Shown here one piece after another: positions 61,855-64,000 of a DNA stretch of 64,000 nucleotides; the stretch's first letter is position 1, and every line of letters starts with the position of its first letter. Source of the stretch: an uncultured delta proteobacterium (GTDB lineage Bacteria > Myxococcota_A > Polyangia > Polyangiales > Polyangiaceae); NCBI GenBank assembly GCA_963850305.1, contig CAWKKR010000001.1, positions 384,001 through 448,000 on the forward strand, read 5' to 3'. A program made the position numbers and the translations under genes. The notes under the pieces were generated by a model. The model was not told the origin of the DNA. It was given only the letters and a program-made list of their open reading frames with translations, and did no database searches.

Positions 61855-62604
61855 GTGAAGTCCTTCGTTTCTGCCGCCGCGCCTCGTTCCGTCGCCAATG
61901 CGGTGGCCCATCCTCCCTGCACGACCCGGCAGCGAGGGTTCACCCTGATCGAGCTCATCGTGGTCGTCATCATCATCGGCATCTTCGCGCTGATGGCGAT
62001 GCCCCAGATCGCGAAACAGCTCATCGACCGTCGCACGAGCGAGGCGGCGCAGCGCGTGGCGCTGGTCTACCAGCAGGCGCGCGTCCGTGCGATGGGCGAG
62101 GGCGGCGCGGTCCTGGTGCGATACACGCAGGGCTCCGGCGCATCGCTCCAGGGGAGCTTCGAGACACGGGAGGCCCTGGTCGGGCTCTCCGACACGACCA
62201 ACGCGTGCGCGCTCCGTCCATCGACGAGCTGCACGTCAACGGACTGGACCGCGGGGGCCGCCTCGGGGCAGAGCCGGAGCATCGAGACGCTCGACCTCGG
62301 ACTGCAGCCGGGCATCTCCGCGGCGGGAAACCCGGACGGCACCGGCGTGTACGCGACACTGATCCCGCACATCTCGAATGCAGCATCGACTGCGGCCATG
62401 GACGTCTGCTTCACTCCGCTCGGTAACACTTACGTGCGCTACGGCGCCACCGACCCGTGGCAGGCGCTCGCAGGCGTGCCTGAGATTGCGGTTTATCGCG
62501 GCACCGCCCTGGTGCAGAGCCCGACGGGTACGGAGGGAACCGTCTTCGGACTCATCCGGCACGTGCTCATCCTGCCCACGGGCATCGCGAGGCTCCAGCT
62601 ATGA
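61855..62604 (+). CDS. Type IV minor pilin (FimU/FimT-like)
   Basis: QRG|FTLIELIVV prepilin motif, QQARVRA; start may be GTG 61903. Confidence 0.85.
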   Translation: MKSFVSAAAPRSVANAVAHPPCTTRQRGFTLIELIVVVIIIGIFALMAMPQIAKQLIDRRTSEAAQRVALVYQQARVRAMGEGGAVLVRYTQGSGASLQGSFETREALVGLSDTTNACALRPSTSCTSTDWTAGAASGQSRSIETLDLGLQPGISAAGNPDGTGVYATLIPHISNAASTAAMDVCFTPLGNTYVRYGATDPWQALAGVPEIAVYRGTALVQSPTGTEGTVFGLIRHVLILPTGIARLQL

Positions 62605-63224
62605 CCCCACGACGTGGCGAGCGCGGCTACACGATCGTCGAGCTGATGATGTCGATCGTCGTCCTGGCCATCGGGGTGTCGGGCGTCATCGCAATGCAGA
62701 AGGTCGCGATCGAATCGAGCCGCAACGCGAAGGAGATCGCGATCGCGACGCGCGTCGCGGAAGGCTGGGCGGACAAGCTCGCCGAGGACGGATCGACATG
62801 GTCCCTGGACGCGACCGGCTCGTCGACGCGCCCGAACACGATATGGCTGCAGCTCGCCAATCCGACGGCGCTCGTCGACTGGTTCATTCCGACGTACTCG
62901 AGCACACTGGCGTTCGGACCGGCCTTCGACGGCTTCGGCAACGCGATCGATCCTTCAGCCTCCGTCGCCATCGAGCACTTCTGCGTGCACATCCGCTTTG
63001 CGTTTCTGCACAGCGAGACGACGCCAACCGTCGGTAACGGCGTGATCCGGGCGCAGGTCCGCGTCTTCTGGCCGCGCGAAGACGCCCCGAGTCCTCTTCC
63101 GACGGCCATCGCGAGCGCTCTTTGTGCGACGAATGACACCACGCTCACGCAGTACATCGGTAACTTTCACGAGATCTATCTGACGACCGCGGTGCGGCAG
63201 ACGCCGCAGGGGCTCCTCAATTGA
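62601..63224 (+). CDS. Type IV minor pilin (PilV-like)
   Basis: ERG|YTIVELMMS; C-terminal QVRVFWP; ATGA overlap. Confidence 0.85.
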   Translation: MTPRRGERGYTIVELMMSIVVLAIGVSGVIAMQKVAIESSRNAKEIAIATRVAEGWADKLAEDGSTWSLDATGSSTRPNTIWLQLANPTALVDWFIPTYSSTLAFGPAFDGFGNAIDPSASVAIEHFCVHIRFAFLHSETTPTVGNGVIRAQVRVFWPREDAPSPLPTAIASALCATNDTTLTQYIGNFHEIYLTTAVRQTPQGLLN

Positions 63225-64000
63225 TCCGTTCGTTTCTATCCGACCTCCGCGCAGGCTCGAGGCGACTCACCGCCGCCTTCACGCTCGTGGAGCTCATGGT
63301 CGCCGTGACGGGCGGCCTGTTCGTGTCCATGGCCGTGTTCATGCTCGCGAAACAGGCGACGGGGCTCTATCAGTCCGAAGCGCGCATGAGCAACACGACG
63401 ATCGCGTCCGTCGTGGGCTTCGAACGGCTCCGGCTCGACATCGAGCGCGCGGCGTACCTCGCCTCTCCAAACCTTCGCCGCGATCCGAAGGTGTGCGGAA
63501 CGCCGGACGCCAGCTGGCCTGCCTACCTGTCGACCATGACGGCCGTGTTCATTCAGAAGACGGCGTCCGTTCCCCAGATGCTCACGGACAACAACATTGC
63601 CCCGGACGAGATCACGCTCGCCGGCAGCTACGCTTCCGTCGAGCAGTTCTGGGCGGCGTCGATCGACGGATCCGGCGGCGCGAACAACGTCGTCACGCTG
63701 CAAACGGCGAGTCCAGCGATGGCACGTCTCGGTTACCAGAACCTGGCCGTCGGTGACACGGCGGGGCAGGTAGCACTGCTCACGAGCGTGTTCGGCGTCG
63801 GGCGCGCGCTGCGCATCGTGGACGACGAGGGGCACGAACAATACGGCACCATCACGGACGTTCAGGGCGGCACGGCGCCAGTGATTGACCTGTCGATCTC
63901 GAGCCCGGCGATCGTCTATCGCGGGGCCGGTTCTAGCTTGCACTGCGGAGTCGGAGGTAACTCGGCGGGGAGCGTCGTCAACGTGGTCAACTTCGTGAAG
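63221..64000 (+). CDS. Type IV minor pilin (PilW-like), runs off the right edge
   Basis: TTG start overlapping the upstream stop; TAA|FTLVELMVA..., ERLRLDIERAAY. Confidence 0.82.
   Translation, partial: MIRSFLSDLRAGSRRLTAAFTLVELMVAVTGGLFVSMAVFMLAKQATGLYQSEARMSNTTIASVVGFERLRLDIERAAYLASPNLRRDPKVCGTPDASWPAYLSTMTAVFIQKTASVPQMLTDNNIAPDEITLAGSYASVEQFWAASIDGSGGANNVVTLQTASPAMARLGYQNLAVGDTAGQVALLTSVFGVGRALRIVDDEGHEQYGTITDVQGGTAPVIDLSISSPAIVYRGAGSSLHCGVGGNSAGSVVNVVNFVK

Overview
GC-rich chromosomal segment from a myxobacterium, most consistent with Polyangiales (Sorangium/Polyangium-like), judged from gene content: Glt-type TPR cluster, TIGR02266-type PilZ, several Ser/Thr kinase, FHA and PP2C genes. 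No rRNA, tRNA, CRISPR array, prophage or transposase was recognised. Main blocks: (1) a single-chain ketosynthase/chain-length-factor fusion plus ACP and MoxR ATPase at the left edge; (2) a ~14 kb minus-strand locus joining a gliding-transducer (GltC/D/E/F/G-like) paralog cluster to a short OPX polysaccharide-export lipoprotein and a large outer-membrane beta-barrel, with a possible degenerate TolQ/AglR-like gene inside and a divergent ECF sigma/anti-sigma pair whose zinc motif has lost its cysteines; (3) housekeeping and envelope genes (rluD-like, maf, era, der, ltaE, trmJ-like, scpAB, pmbA, larBC, two GT-C glycosyltransferases, two flippase-like proteins); (4) an orphan type III export-gate gene (FliR/SctT); (5) the start of a type IV minor-pilin operon behind a near-consensus sigma54 promoter. 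Seven otherwise intact genes carry single-base lesions, and six of them fall in a GAT(T/C) context, which points to modification-induced long-read errors rather than real pseudogenes. All family assignments come from motif recognition; no database searches were run.
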